Below the pieces are notes generated by a model. The model made no database searches. It saw only the letters and a program-made list of their open reading frames with translations, and was not told the DNA's origin. Shown in pieces: positions 39,590-50,400 of a stretch of DNA of 64,000 nucleotides. The stretch is from the sequence record DRR723986_3483, one strand, 5' to 3'. Position numbers and translations under genes: made by a program. Within the stretch, counting starts at the first letter, position 1; every line of letters starts with the position of its first letter.

Positions 39590-42109
39590 ATGCCAATACT
39601 CACAAAAATTAACTTCCTATTCTCATTAGTTTTTGGTTTAATTCTTTTTCAGTCCACTCAAACTGGAGGACTTAAATTCAACGGAAGTGAGCATGCAATC
39701 AATCAACGTACCTCGTATGATGTTTTTGGAAACAATCAAGTAGAATTCTCCGATCATTTTGAAATTGATTTTAATCTTTCGCTTAGTCCCGCTACAGAGA
39801 TTGGATATATTTTAAGAATCAAAAACAAAGAAAATGACAGGATCTTCAATTTGTTTTATGATGGACAGGGGGATCAAGTAATTTTCAAATTTAATGAAGA
39901 AGGCAAAAGTAATCTCATAGAAGCGAATTTAGACCGGGATCAATTGCTTAACAAGCAATGGTTTGATGTTAAAATTGCGTTTGGATTAGCTCAAGATTCC
40001 ATCATTTTATCGATCGATAATGAAACCTACTCAGCCGAAAATTTACGCCTTTCAAGCTCTTATAGTCCAGTTATTCTGTTTGGCAAAAGCGATCATATAA
40101 TAGATGTCCCTTCTTTTGCTATTAAAGACCTATCCGTGTCAGGAAAAGACACCTATAGGTTTCCACTACTTGAAGACAAAGGCACTGTTGTCCATGACAT
40201 CTCTGGGAAACCGTATGGTCAGGTCGACAATCCTGACTGGCTTAAAAATTATGCCTATCATTGGAAACATCAAGTTTCCTTTAAATCTCAGGCAATTGCC
40301 GGTGCAAATTACAACCCCAAAAGAAAGGAAATATATTACTATAATGAAGATTCTATCTGGACCTATAGTGTACGATCTGGGCTGACGGAGTTGAAAGTAT
40401 TTGAGGAAAAAAGCCCTATTGAATTGATTTTGGGTACTAATTTTATTGATACGGTTTCAAATAAACTGTATTCATATGAGGTCTATTACGAAACCCCTAA
40501 TTCTAAACCTAGTGTAGCCAGTCTTGCTCTTGATTCCTATGAATGGAATGAAGAAAGCTATGAGCAACTTCCTACCCAACTTCATCATCACGGCTCCTAT
40601 CTAAATCAAACCGATTCTACCTACACGATTTTTGGAGGGTTTGGAAATATGAAGTATAGTAAAAGCTTTTTCACTTTCGATTTAAACCAAAAAACCTGGA
40701 CACTGGAAGAGGAGTTTGCAGGTGATGCGATTTCACCTCGATACTTTTCCTCAGTAGGCTACCAACCTGAGCAAAATAAGCTATATATCCTTGGAGGGAT
40801 GGGAAATGAGTCTGGGGAACAATCTGTAGGAAGAAAATATTACTACGACCTGCACCAGGTTGACCTCAACAACAATAGGATTACAAAGCTTTGGGAAGTT
40901 CCTTGGGAAAATGACAATGTAGTGCCGGTAAGAGGAATGGTTCTTTTGAATGATTCCAGCTTATACACCCTTTGCTACCCTGAACATTTCTCAGAATCAT
41001 CACTTCGACTTTATCGTTTTTCTATAAAAGATGGCAGCTATGAAATTCTGGGGGATTCCATTCCAATCCGTTCGGACAAAATAACCACAAATGCCAATCT
41101 CTATTTTGACAAAGGCCTCAATAATCTTTATGCCATAGTGCAGGAATTCGAAGATGACATTTCCTCAGATCTTAAAGTATATTCACTGGCTTTTCCTGCA
41201 ATTACAAAAGGTGAATTGTCAAATTTTCCGGAGAAACAAAAAAGTGAAATCCCTTTCATCGCCCTTATCATTGGAGCAGGAGCATTAGTTTTGGGTTACA
41301 TTTTATATAAGAAAGTGCGAACAAAATCATCAGAATCTATCGATACTGCAGATGAAGTTGAGCACTATACTCACCCGCTAAAGATAGAACCGAAATCCAA
41401 GCCAAATTCCATCTTGCTTTTCGGGAATTTCACTGTACGTGACAGCAAAAACAGGGACATCACCTACATGTTCAGTACCCAACTTAAGCAGGTGTTTTGC
41501 CTAATTCTACAATATAGCATTACTGAAGATGGTATTTCCTCTCAGCATCTGAGTCATCTTCTTTGGCCAGATAGACCTGCTGACAAAGTAAAAAACTCCC
41601 GTGGTGTCACCATTAATAACCTACGCAAAACGCTTAGCGAACTGGAAGGACTGGAATTAATCCACGAAAAAGGCCATTACAAACTTATTTTCCATGAAGA
41701 AGCCTATTGCGATTATGTGCGCTTCCTACAGATCATTACTTCACATGAAATAAATGAACACAGAGATGAGTTTACCCAGATTGTCTCAAAAGGTAAATTT
41801 TTATACCTGTCGGACGATCCTCTTTTTGATTCATTTAAGGAAGATGCTGAAACCAAACTCGAACCAGTACTCCTTCTGGAAATAGAAAAAAACTACGCTA
41901 TCGAGTCCTATCAGAACACCATATCTTTGAGTGAAGCCCTTTTCCATATCGACCCATTAAACGAAACAGCTTTGGTCTACCAAATCAAAGCCATGCAGAA
42001 ACTCAAAATGCAGGAGGAATCAATAATAGCTTTCAGAACTTTTGCAATTGAGTATAAAAGAGTCACTGGCAAGGAGTTTCATAGAACCTATGCCAGCCTT
42101 TCCTCTTAA
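39590..42109 (+). CDS. membrane-anchored one-component regulator (periplasmic laminin-G-like + kelch propeller sensor, TM, cytoplasmic SARP/OmpR-like wHTH + BTAD-like region)
   Basis: Signal peptide, kelch motifs (IFGGFG, YILGG.G), TM ~aa555-575, then LFGNF.V, LWPD..K.KNSRGVTINNLRK.L, and C-terminal IDPLNE.A. Confidence 0.75.
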   Translation: MPILTKINFLFSLVFGLILFQSTQTGGLKFNGSEHAINQRTSYDVFGNNQVEFSDHFEIDFNLSLSPATEIGYILRIKNKENDRIFNLFYDGQGDQVIFKFNEEGKSNLIEANLDRDQLLNKQWFDVKIAFGLAQDSIILSIDNETYSAENLRLSSSYSPVILFGKSDHIIDVPSFAIKDLSVSGKDTYRFPLLEDKGTVVHDISGKPYGQVDNPDWLKNYAYHWKHQVSFKSQAIAGANYNPKRKEIYYYNEDSIWTYSVRSGLTELKVFEEKSPIELILGTNFIDTVSNKLYSYEVYYETPNSKPSVASLALDSYEWNEESYEQLPTQLHHHGSYLNQTDSTYTIFGGFGNMKYSKSFFTFDLNQKTWTLEEEFAGDAISPRYFSSVGYQPEQNKLYILGGMGNESGEQSVGRKYYYDLHQVDLNNNRITKLWEVPWENDNVVPVRGMVLLNDSSLYTLCYPEHFSESSLRLYRFSIKDGSYEILGDSIPIRSDKITTNANLYFDKGLNNLYAIVQEFEDDISSDLKVYSLAFPAITKGELSNFPEKQKSEIPFIALIIGAGALVLGYILYKKVRTKSSESIDTADEVEHYTHPLKIEPKSKPNSILLFGNFTVRDSKNRDITYMFSTQLKQVFCLILQYSITEDGISSQHLSHLLWPDRPADKVKNSRGVTINNLRKTLSELEGLELIHEKGHYKLIFHEEAYCDYVRFLQIITSHEINEHRDEFTQIVSKGKFLYLSDDPLFDSFKEDAETKLEPVLLLEIEKNYAIESYQNTISLSEALFHIDPLNETALVYQIKAMQKLKMQEESIIAFRTFAIEYKRVTGKEFHRTYASLSS

Positions 42110-42132
42110 GAACCAACCCAATCACTTACAAA

Positions 42133-44337
42133 TCACCAGCTAAATTTCACCTTAACTCCATCGGGATAATTCTCAAAACTCAAGAAATAAGTTTTGCTGG
42201 ATTCATCCCAGGAAGTTTCCGCTGTCAAAATTTGCCCTTTAGGATCTATGACTTCAACAGTTTCTGGCTTGTGAGGTAAAAGTACTCTCATCACATTAGT
42301 AGTGTTTTTCGGGCTCTTTGCTACCAAGGAATATTCACTTTCAGTAGATATCTCTTCATAAATTCTCGCCGCTGTAGCCAAAACCTGAGGTACTTGAGGA
42401 TTCTTTACCCGTTGGATATTGAAAAGAAATGCCTGCTCACCAGGACTCACCTTTTTTTCATCCAACACCGGAATCTCAGGATCAAATAAATCAATAAACT
42501 TCCCCTTGGCCGTGTAGGAAGATTGGTCTTCATTCTCATTTACTACAGAGATAATTTCATATGGACCTCTAGTTAGGGAAAAGTGGTTTTTAAATTCCAG
42601 TATCTCAGAATTTGTATCCGAATCATACATTTCCTTAATGGTATTGACAAAAGTCAAGTCATTCCCTTCCTTTAAAACGAATTCTTTGGGATCGTTGCGC
42701 ATAATAACCACTTTACCTTTACCATAGGCAAATTTCCCTTCCTGAAATGGTGCTTTCAAGCTAAGTTCCCCGAACAAATGCTCAGATGGAGCATTAAAAT
42801 TATTCCCATTGGTATTCCACCATTCCTGTACAGTTTGGAAAGGATCTTTATCACTACCGACGTATACAAGAATCCCACCATTTTTAACCCAGTCGGCTAA
42901 GTGAACGTGTGCGTCTTTTTCCATGGGTTTCATATTGGAATAAGACATAATAAGAATCTTTACATCTTCGAGAGTCTTTGAAAATGAGACATTTTCTATA
43001 TGAACTGTTTTTACAGGCACCCCTCTTTTCAACAATGGCAAAGCCTGCCCATAAAAATTTGACAACTGAGGATCATCATACCCCTGATGAGTGGGGAAAC
43101 GCTGAAACATTAGCGAGTTGGACATCAAAATCCCTATTCCCTGCGATCCACTAACTCTGTTGTCAGAAAGAGGCATATCATTAAGTGTGTTGATCATTAC
43201 CTGCATCTGGGTAGAATAAAAGCGCGGAATCTGTGCTTTCTCATCACTATCAGCACTAGTCCTATATAAACCCTCATAAATTCGATCTGGCCAAGGCATT
43301 ACTTCATAATCCGCTACCATAGGATAAAGTAATTGTGCTGCAAATGTGGCCTGATAATTCTTCTTGTAATCCGCCCAATCCCTAGGCCAGTCTTCTATCG
43401 GATCAGTCAAGAAATAGACTTTTCTGCCGGTCGGAGCAGTCATCGACTCCATGGATCCATATTCCAGAAAAGCTGTTTCGAATACACGTTCTTTTTCCTT
43501 TCCGTTGAAAAAATTGGGCTCACGGGAAGTGCCTGTCCATACCTGTGCGATGTATCCATCCACACTGGGCAAAGAGGCCAAACTTGCCTCAGGACTTACA
43601 ATCATCCACTGTGAATAATTCACCAAAGAATGAGTAGGAATATAGCAACGAACATCCATCCCCTTACTCTTTCCATATTCCTTAGCGTAGGAAAAACATT
43701 CCTCCACCGCACGGTAATATAAATGATATTTAAGCTTGTTCGACAAATAGGTATTTTCCGCGGATTCGTGCTGAGGCCTCCAGTCAAAGCCGTAATATTC
43801 CTTCCATTCTCTTTTAAATGCTTCACTATAGCCTGCCCTAGCCCAAAACTCAGGTTCTTCCAGATAGATGGCGTCGATTCCAGCATCAATTACACGCTTA
43901 ATTACCTTTTCCTTCATGTATGTGATAAAATTCATCGAAGGAACGATATATGGAACCATATGTCCATGCCAGATTGTATCGCCTTTTTGGGTGACCTGCC
44001 CTTCATCCAAATGCCATTCGCCGTCCCACTCTCCAGTGAAATAGTCTTGGTATTCTCCCCATGCAATGCCACTCATGAAATGCGTGGTATACCCTTTGTC
44101 CCTCCAAGTTTGAACCCGCTGTTCAAAGCTCATATCGGCTTTACCGTGGTGATCTTTTACACTGTAAACAATCGCCACATCCGCCCTGACATCTGTCACA
44201 GGTTTCCAAGGATTAGAAGTTTGAAATGCAGTTTTTTCTGTTTTCAGTGAATCCTGATTCTCTTGGTTATGCGGAAGTTGAGCACAGCCCTGAATTAAAA
44301 AAAACGGAATCAGATATAGAAAGAAATTAAATCGCAT
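42133..44337 (-). CDS. uncharacterised 734-aa lipoprotein, putative glycoside hydrolase (TIM barrel + GH42-trimerisation-like domain)
   Basis: Lipobox IQGC; aromatic-rich N-domain with IDAIYLEEPEFW; middle L..WVKNGG.LV GATase-like segment; PUL context. Confidence 0.55.
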   Translation of the reverse strand: MRFNFFLYLIPFFLIQGCAQLPHNQENQDSLKTEKTAFQTSNPWKPVTDVRADVAIVYSVKDHHGKADMSFEQRVQTWRDKGYTTHFMSGIAWGEYQDYFTGEWDGEWHLDEGQVTQKGDTIWHGHMVPYIVPSMNFITYMKEKVIKRVIDAGIDAIYLEEPEFWARAGYSEAFKREWKEYYGFDWRPQHESAENTYLSNKLKYHLYYRAVEECFSYAKEYGKSKGMDVRCYIPTHSLVNYSQWMIVSPEASLASLPSVDGYIAQVWTGTSREPNFFNGKEKERVFETAFLEYGSMESMTAPTGRKVYFLTDPIEDWPRDWADYKKNYQATFAAQLLYPMVADYEVMPWPDRIYEGLYRTSADSDEKAQIPRFYSTQMQVMINTLNDMPLSDNRVSGSQGIGILMSNSLMFQRFPTHQGYDDPQLSNFYGQALPLLKRGVPVKTVHIENVSFSKTLEDVKILIMSYSNMKPMEKDAHVHLADWVKNGGILVYVGSDKDPFQTVQEWWNTNGNNFNAPSEHLFGELSLKAPFQEGKFAYGKGKVVIMRNDPKEFVLKEGNDLTFVNTIKEMYDSDTNSEILEFKNHFSLTRGPYEIISVVNENEDQSSYTAKGKFIDLFDPEIPVLDEKKVSPGEQAFLFNIQRVKNPQVPQVLATAARIYEEISTESEYSLVAKSPKNTTNVMRVLLPHKPETVEVIDPKGQILTAETSWDESSKTYFLSFENYPDGVKVKFSW

Positions 44338-44465
44338 GGGTATAAGGATTGAATGTTATTAAGGTTAAGTCAAATTTGTCTACTGTCAACTTGTTATTAC
44401 AGGTTTTTGTGAACAAAATGGATAGGATAAAAGGGAGTAAGGTGTTATCAATAGGGTAAAGCTTA

Positions 44466-44493
44466 AAAACCATCCCGCTTACGGGATGGTTTT
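44466..44493 (-). terminator. rho-independent terminator after the DUF3823 gene
   Basis: AAAACCATCCCG-CTTA-CGGGATGGTTTT perfect stem. Confidence 0.85.
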
Positions 44494-44506
44494 ACAGTTT
44501 ATATCA

Positions 44507-45319
44507 TTAGTAAACAAGCACCTGACGTGGCTCATTGTAATTCCAACGTCTGGTTCCACTACCTCTTGGAGTATCGAAGTTAATTCTAGCAGCCGCTCTC
44601 ACGAAGACCATTCTTCCCTCTGGAATCGTACCGTTGGATTCTATGTTAATGGTTTCACCAAGCATTGAATTGAAGGAAGTTCCTGAAAATTCCAATTGAC
44701 TGGACCATCGCTCGTCCCGTGCCCGGTATCCTACAGTGGAGGAGTAGCTTACGAACAACTGGATATCAGTGACATTCTGAAAGCTATTGCTGTAGCCACC
44801 CATAGGTTCGATTTTAGAGCGGAATTCATCTTCAGACACTCCGCGTGTTACCCGCACTTGTGCCCTTACCTTCCCATTGACCACTTCAGGATCTTTGACC
44901 CACTCCACTTTCAAAAATGGCTGGACTTCAAACCTTACACTTGAAACACCATTTATATCGATAGTCTGGGTTTCATCTGCAAGAGGAACACCTCGGTCAT
45001 CTTCTCTAATTAAAGGAATAAAGGGTCCGTCAATACGGATATTATACGTTCCTTCAAATAACCTCGTGTTTTGGAAAGTACCGTCGGGCATGCAAAAGAA
45101 ATCTGGATTAGGAGTAGCATTATCCCCCCAGCTCAGTTCGGTCAGTCGTACACGTATTCCCTCGCTCCCCTGATCTGTAAGCACAGGTTCTCCGGTTTCT
45201 CTGTCCACTACTTCTCCTTGTAGAGTTTCTGCAGGCAGGTCATAATTATCCATCTCGAACATACTGCAAGAACTGAGTGAAATCAGTGCGAATAGTATTA
45301 GGTATGTTATCTTTTTCAT
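44507..45319 (-). CDS. DUF3823-type PUL lipoprotein
   Basis: Lipobox LSSC, DNYD.P, DGTFQNT.LF.G.Y, GPF, V.PFL; follows susD. Confidence 0.85.
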   Translation of the reverse strand: MKKITYLILFALISLSSCSMFEMDNYDLPAETLQGEVVDRETGEPVLTDQGSEGIRVRLTELSWGDNATPNPDFFCMPDGTFQNTRLFEGTYNIRIDGPFIPLIREDDRGVPLADETQTIDINGVSSVRFEVQPFLKVEWVKDPEVVNGKVRAQVRVTRGVSEDEFRSKIEPMGGYSNSFQNVTDIQLFVSYSSTVGYRARDERWSSQLEFSGTSFNSMLGETINIESNGTIPEGRMVFVRAAARINFDTPRGSGTRRWNYNEPRQVLVY

Positions 45320-45349
45320 TTTATGAAATTCTAGGTTATTGATATGGGC

Positions 45350-47407
45350 TTATCGGTTGGGTTGCTGATCGATCACAGGACTTTTCGACACTTCCCCTCC
45401 TGGGATAGCGAAATAATAATCGATAATATTGTACTCAAACGTCTTCAGACTAACCCACTGAAAACGTGCATCGAAGAAGTACTTTCCGCTCTCAGTAGAC
45501 AAGAATGGATAGAGGCCTCTGAATCGATAACGGGAGTTCATACTGAAATCTTCTTTATCACGGGTTTCACCCCAGAACCCATCTCTTTCTTCGTAATGCT
45601 GCACTCTCCATCTGCGTAAATCCCACTTGGTCTTATGCTCCAGGGCAAGTTCTTTTCTTCGCTCTTTACGAACGATATTGCGTCCTTCGATATTCGGGGT
45701 AATCATTCCAGTAAGTAAGGTCGCTCCTGCTCTCTCACGGATATCATTGATACTGGAAGTAGCTACCTGAAGCATATCTGAGCCATCAGGGGAAGCTTGT
45801 CCGGCCAACGCCAATTCCACTGCGGCTTCAGCGGCATTAAGCAATACGTCCGCATACCTCATCAATATAAAATGCTGGGAAGATCTACCTTCACCTGCTT
45901 CAAAAGAAGGATCTGGATTTAACCATTTACGGCCATATAATCCTGTAAGTGTACTTTCACCATTATTATAGAATGGCCCATTTGCTCCAGCCGCGGTAAT
46001 CTGCTCCCCTTGAAAAGAAACCAACTCCTGACTCCCCCCTTCTCTGGCGCTCAAGAAAAGATTCTTTGGGCTTTGAGTGTAAGCAGGAAGTTGTTGGTAT
46101 CGTGTCTCTGCTGTAGCATAACTGTAATCGTTGAATAGAGGATTGATTGGCTCCGAACCCGTATATACTCCAGCCCTGATTTCTATTTCCTGATTTTTAA
46201 ACATATCTCCAGGAAAAATGACATAGGCGCGTAGTCGCGGCTCAGCATCTTCAAAGAAATCCATAGGTGAATCATACATCAGGTAATTCCCTTCTGTATT
46301 GCTTGAACCTGTTGTTACCTTAATGGTACCATCCGGATATCGATCAAAACCCTCAAACAATTCCAGAAAATCAAGTGTAGGACAAGTACCTGAAGCCAAT
46401 GGCGCTTTGAAAATAAATGGAGCGCTGTATGCATCATAACCGTGGGTAGCCACCGGAAAATCATATTGCTTAACATAAATATTCTCAGGACTGGTCTCAT
46501 CACTGAACATGTCAACCATATTCTGGTATTGCGCCTGTGGATCGTTAGCTGCCCATTTTCTTGTATAGAGCGAATATTGCCCACTGGCAATCACCTCATT
46601 GGCAGCCAAGTAAGCTTCTTTGAAATACCTAACCGAAGCTTCCTGAGCAGTAGATTCAGAAAATCCAATAACACGTACACCGGTTTTTAGACCTGTTCCA
46701 GTTAATCTTCCCGGCACAGTTTCATTGTACTTTGCAACACTACCTGCATAGAGCATCGCCTCTGATTTAAAGGAAAGTGCAACGTTCTTATTAGAATAGC
46801 CAGGCTTAGGACTTACTGGTTGAAGTAGCTCAATCGCTTGGTTGTAGTCTGCCAATACCTGATCCCAGGTCTCTTCTTCTGTAGAACGAGGAATTTCTAG
46901 TTCCGCTTCCTCTGAGGGATATCGTAGTACGCTGGTCACCAGTGGAACTCCACCAAAGCGTCTAGCCATCGCTGAAAAAACAAACGCCCTAACAAAATAT
47001 GCCTCGCCCAAGTAATGATTGTAAGTAACTTCAGGAAATGCGTCTTTATATTCCGGCAACTTTTCCAGCAGATAATTTGCCTCCCGGATTAGTCTAAAAG
47101 CCATTCCCCAATATGGAGTCCGCTCTCCTGTAAATGCAGAACTGATCCCATCTCGATTCACTGCTTCTCCAGTCCCTTCAATTCCAAGTGAACCTAACCA
47201 GGAGTTGTATTCTACTCCCCACTGCGCCATGTATTTAAAATCTTCAAATGGCATCTTGCTGTACATGCCAGCGATATATACATCCATGCCAGATTCGCTG
47301 GTCATTAGCGTCTCGTCACCAATCACATTTGGAGGAGGCACATCCAGATCCGTACAGCTGGTAATGTACACCAGGCTGCATAGCAATAGTATGATTCTTA
47401 GTTTCAT
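45350..47407 (-). CDS. susD: SusD/RagB lipoprotein
   Basis: Lipobox ITSC, GEAYFVRA, FGGVPL, MRYADVLLNAAEA, ERRKELALE, WDLRRWR. Confidence 0.95.
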   Translation of the reverse strand: MKLRIILLLCSLVYITSCTDLDVPPPNVIGDETLMTSESGMDVYIAGMYSKMPFEDFKYMAQWGVEYNSWLGSLGIEGTGEAVNRDGISSAFTGERTPYWGMAFRLIREANYLLEKLPEYKDAFPEVTYNHYLGEAYFVRAFVFSAMARRFGGVPLVTSVLRYPSEEAELEIPRSTEEETWDQVLADYNQAIELLQPVSPKPGYSNKNVALSFKSEAMLYAGSVAKYNETVPGRLTGTGLKTGVRVIGFSESTAQEASVRYFKEAYLAANEVIASGQYSLYTRKWAANDPQAQYQNMVDMFSDETSPENIYVKQYDFPVATHGYDAYSAPFIFKAPLASGTCPTLDFLELFEGFDRYPDGTIKVTTGSSNTEGNYLMYDSPMDFFEDAEPRLRAYVIFPGDMFKNQEIEIRAGVYTGSEPINPLFNDYSYATAETRYQQLPAYTQSPKNLFLSAREGGSQELVSFQGEQITAAGANGPFYNNGESTLTGLYGRKWLNPDPSFEAGEGRSSQHFILMRYADVLLNAAEAAVELALAGQASPDGSDMLQVATSSINDIRERAGATLLTGMITPNIEGRNIVRKERRKELALEHKTKWDLRRWRVQHYEERDGFWGETRDKEDFSMNSRYRFRGLYPFLSTESGKYFFDARFQWVSLKTFEYNIIDYYFAIPGGEVSKSPVIDQQPNR

Positions 47408-47447
47408 GTGTTTTTTATTTATGTTTCAAAGTCTCTAGTTGCTTTTA

Positions 47448-50400
47448 TCAAAAAGATGCTGTCACTCCTACTGTGTAAGTTTTGGTAAGAGGATACAATC
47501 TTCCTAATTCATCTCCTGGATGCTCAGGATCCACAAACTTAACCCCAGTAAAAGTCAGGAGGTTATAAGAATTAGCAAAGAAACGTATGTTAGTAGATGG
47601 GTTCTTAAAGGATTTCAAAGTATAACCTAGCTCAATACTTTTAAGACGTAAGTAATTAGTGCTTACTCTGTTGAAGTCAGAATTTCCAAAAGGATAATTA
47701 CCGGTGTAGCCATAGTATCCACCTATCCATTCTGTCTCAGGATCATAAGGATCTGCCATTGGATCTACAGGATGCCAACGGTCTTGATACTGTTCCAAAG
47801 CTCCACCACCATTACTACCCCATATTGAGTATAGTGGCTCTTGATACTGCATGGATCCCAAAGCTGATCCCTGAAACAATACACTCATATCAAAATTCTT
47901 ATAGTTTGCGTCCATAGCTAAGCTGAAGTTCAGCCAAGGAGTTTGATCATAGGCAAATGGATGTTCGTCCAGACCATTGATTTCACCATCACCGTTCCAA
48001 TCCTGGTATTTATAGTCTCCCGGTAGAATTCCTCTGTCTTTGTAGATATCGTAAGACCAAATATCCTCCCAGTTGGTATATCGCCCGGCGGATTCATATC
48101 CAAATTGCACCCCCTGATAGCGATCAGTAAGGTTATCATTTCTCCATTGGTCATAAGAATTGCCATATGGGCCTTTCTCAGCCGCGATCAAATGCTGTCT
48201 TCGGGTGATGGTCGCTATACCTTTTAAACCATAGGACACCTGTCCGATCGTGTTTCTGTGGGAAAGTTCCAGATCCATCCCAAACTGACGATCACTGTTT
48301 GTATTTTCCCTAGGTGCTCCCGTGCCTACTACAGAAGGGACATCTCCAGAACGAGTGGAAAAAAGACCTTCTCGTCTACGATCAAAATAATCAAGAGAAA
48401 AGCCAAATTTTCCTCTCCATGCTTCAAAGTCAACACCTATATCAAAAGTTTTCGCAGTCCACCAGGTGATATTTTCATTGGGCACTACCACGGAAGCTCC
48501 ATATACAAACTCCCCATTGAGTATATATCCCGGTGCATATTGATTGTAATAACCCTGCTGGGCATTACCGCTGGTAGCCGGATAGATGTATCCTGGGTAC
48601 CAGTCATACGCCAATGAGCCATCATCTGCAGTCATCCCATAACTTGCCCTGAATTTGAGCTGATCAACAAAATTGAAGGCAGAAATAGAATTAAAAAATG
48701 ACTCTTCAGATAGACGCCAACCTACTGAAGCTGAAGGAAACCATCCCCATCTATTGGTTTTAACGAATTTCGATGAGCCATCATACCTAAATTGTACCTC
48801 TGCGATATACCGATCCGCAAAGGCGTAATTCACTCTGCCAAACATAGCAGAATTGGCTATTTCGTATAAATCACCGGAACCACCCTGCATTCCACCCTGT
48901 TGATTTTCATTCATGCCCCCTGCGAGGTATTCCATGGCAAATGCCAAATCGCGCTGTGCGTAAAAATTATCACCCTTCCGGTTTTGGGTTTCAAATCCCA
49001 GAAGTCCGGATACATCATGATTGGTACCGAAGGTTCTTTTATAATTAAGTAGAAACTGGGCTAAAAACTGTTGCTTACTATAAAGTTCACGTCTGATCTG
49101 ATTTGGAGAACTGTTATTATAGAGTTTTGACAAATACGTATCCGTCACAGGATCATACATGTATTGATAATATTCCCTACGATAGATATCGTTATCGTCA
49201 CCCCTGTAATCGTAGCTGACCAAGCCCTTAGCAGACAACCCTTCCAATACAGAAGTAAGTGTTCCTAGATTATAGTCCAAAGAAGCTGAGGACTGAAAGT
49301 ATTTTTGCTTGTACTTTCTATAGCCGGAAACGTCAGAGCTCATCATTGCTACTGTGTTTTGCTCCAGGTCCAACCCTTCGTAATTCAACATTGTGTTTTC
49401 AGGATCAGCATAAGCGGGAAAAAGAACACCTTGTCTCCAATAATTACGGATAATTTCCACCGCACTTGAATAAGGAGAATTTCTCTGATCTGCCACTCCA
49501 CTCAGGTTCAGGTTAAACTTTAACCCTTTTGCAATCTCCGTGGTGATGTTTGATCTAAGGTTGATTTTACTATAGTTCATATCACCGGATTTAAAAAACC
49601 CTTCCTGATACATATAACCACCGGCTATGTAGTATTGTGTTTTTTCGGTCCCACCTGTAATACTGATGTCATGTTGGCTTTGAGGCGCATATTCATTGAT
49701 CAATAATGAATTCCAATCCGTGGTACGACGACGGCCTGTCTGAAATGCTTCAAAATCATCTGCCTGATAGATCAGATTCCCGCCATTTATATTGTTCATA
49801 GCCATCTCATTGTATAGCGTCATGGTCTGGTAAGGATCTGAAAGCTCGGGAAATCCTGATGGACTCTGCAAGGTGTATGAACCATTGTAGGTAACAGTGG
49901 CCTTGCCGTTTTGACTTCCCTTTTTCGTGGTAATAAGCACAACGCCATTTGCTGCCCTTGCTCCATAGATAGCAGCAGAAGCATCTTTCAGTACAGATAA
50001 TTCGTCAATATCAGATGGATTGAGACGCTGGAAATCAGCCATGGTGCGCTGGATACCATCAATTACAACCAAGGGTGATCCTAATCCCCTAATGTCAAGA
50101 CTGGCATTGAAAGTACCAGGCTCAGCACTTTTCTGCCATACCCTAACTCCGGCAACTCTACCGGTTAGCATATTTTGAGGATTTTCATTTTTGGTTCGCA
50201 GCATTTCATCCCCTTTGATATTAGCTACTGAACCAGTCAAAGTGACTTTTTCCTGCATGCCATATCCTACAACAACGACCTCTCCTAATTGCTGGGTGTC
50301 AGGTACCATGGACAGTTCAATTACGGATTGTGCACCTACTTCAATTTCCTGTGTCATATACCCTATAAATGAAAATGTAAGAATTGCATTTTCATCAGGA

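Noticed and set aside
44411-44460. GGATAA/GAGTAA/GGGTAA hexamers upstream of the 734-aa gene as a third operator copy
   Set aside because: Hexamers are degenerate, spacing does not match 12/11, and the flanking conserved blocks are absent
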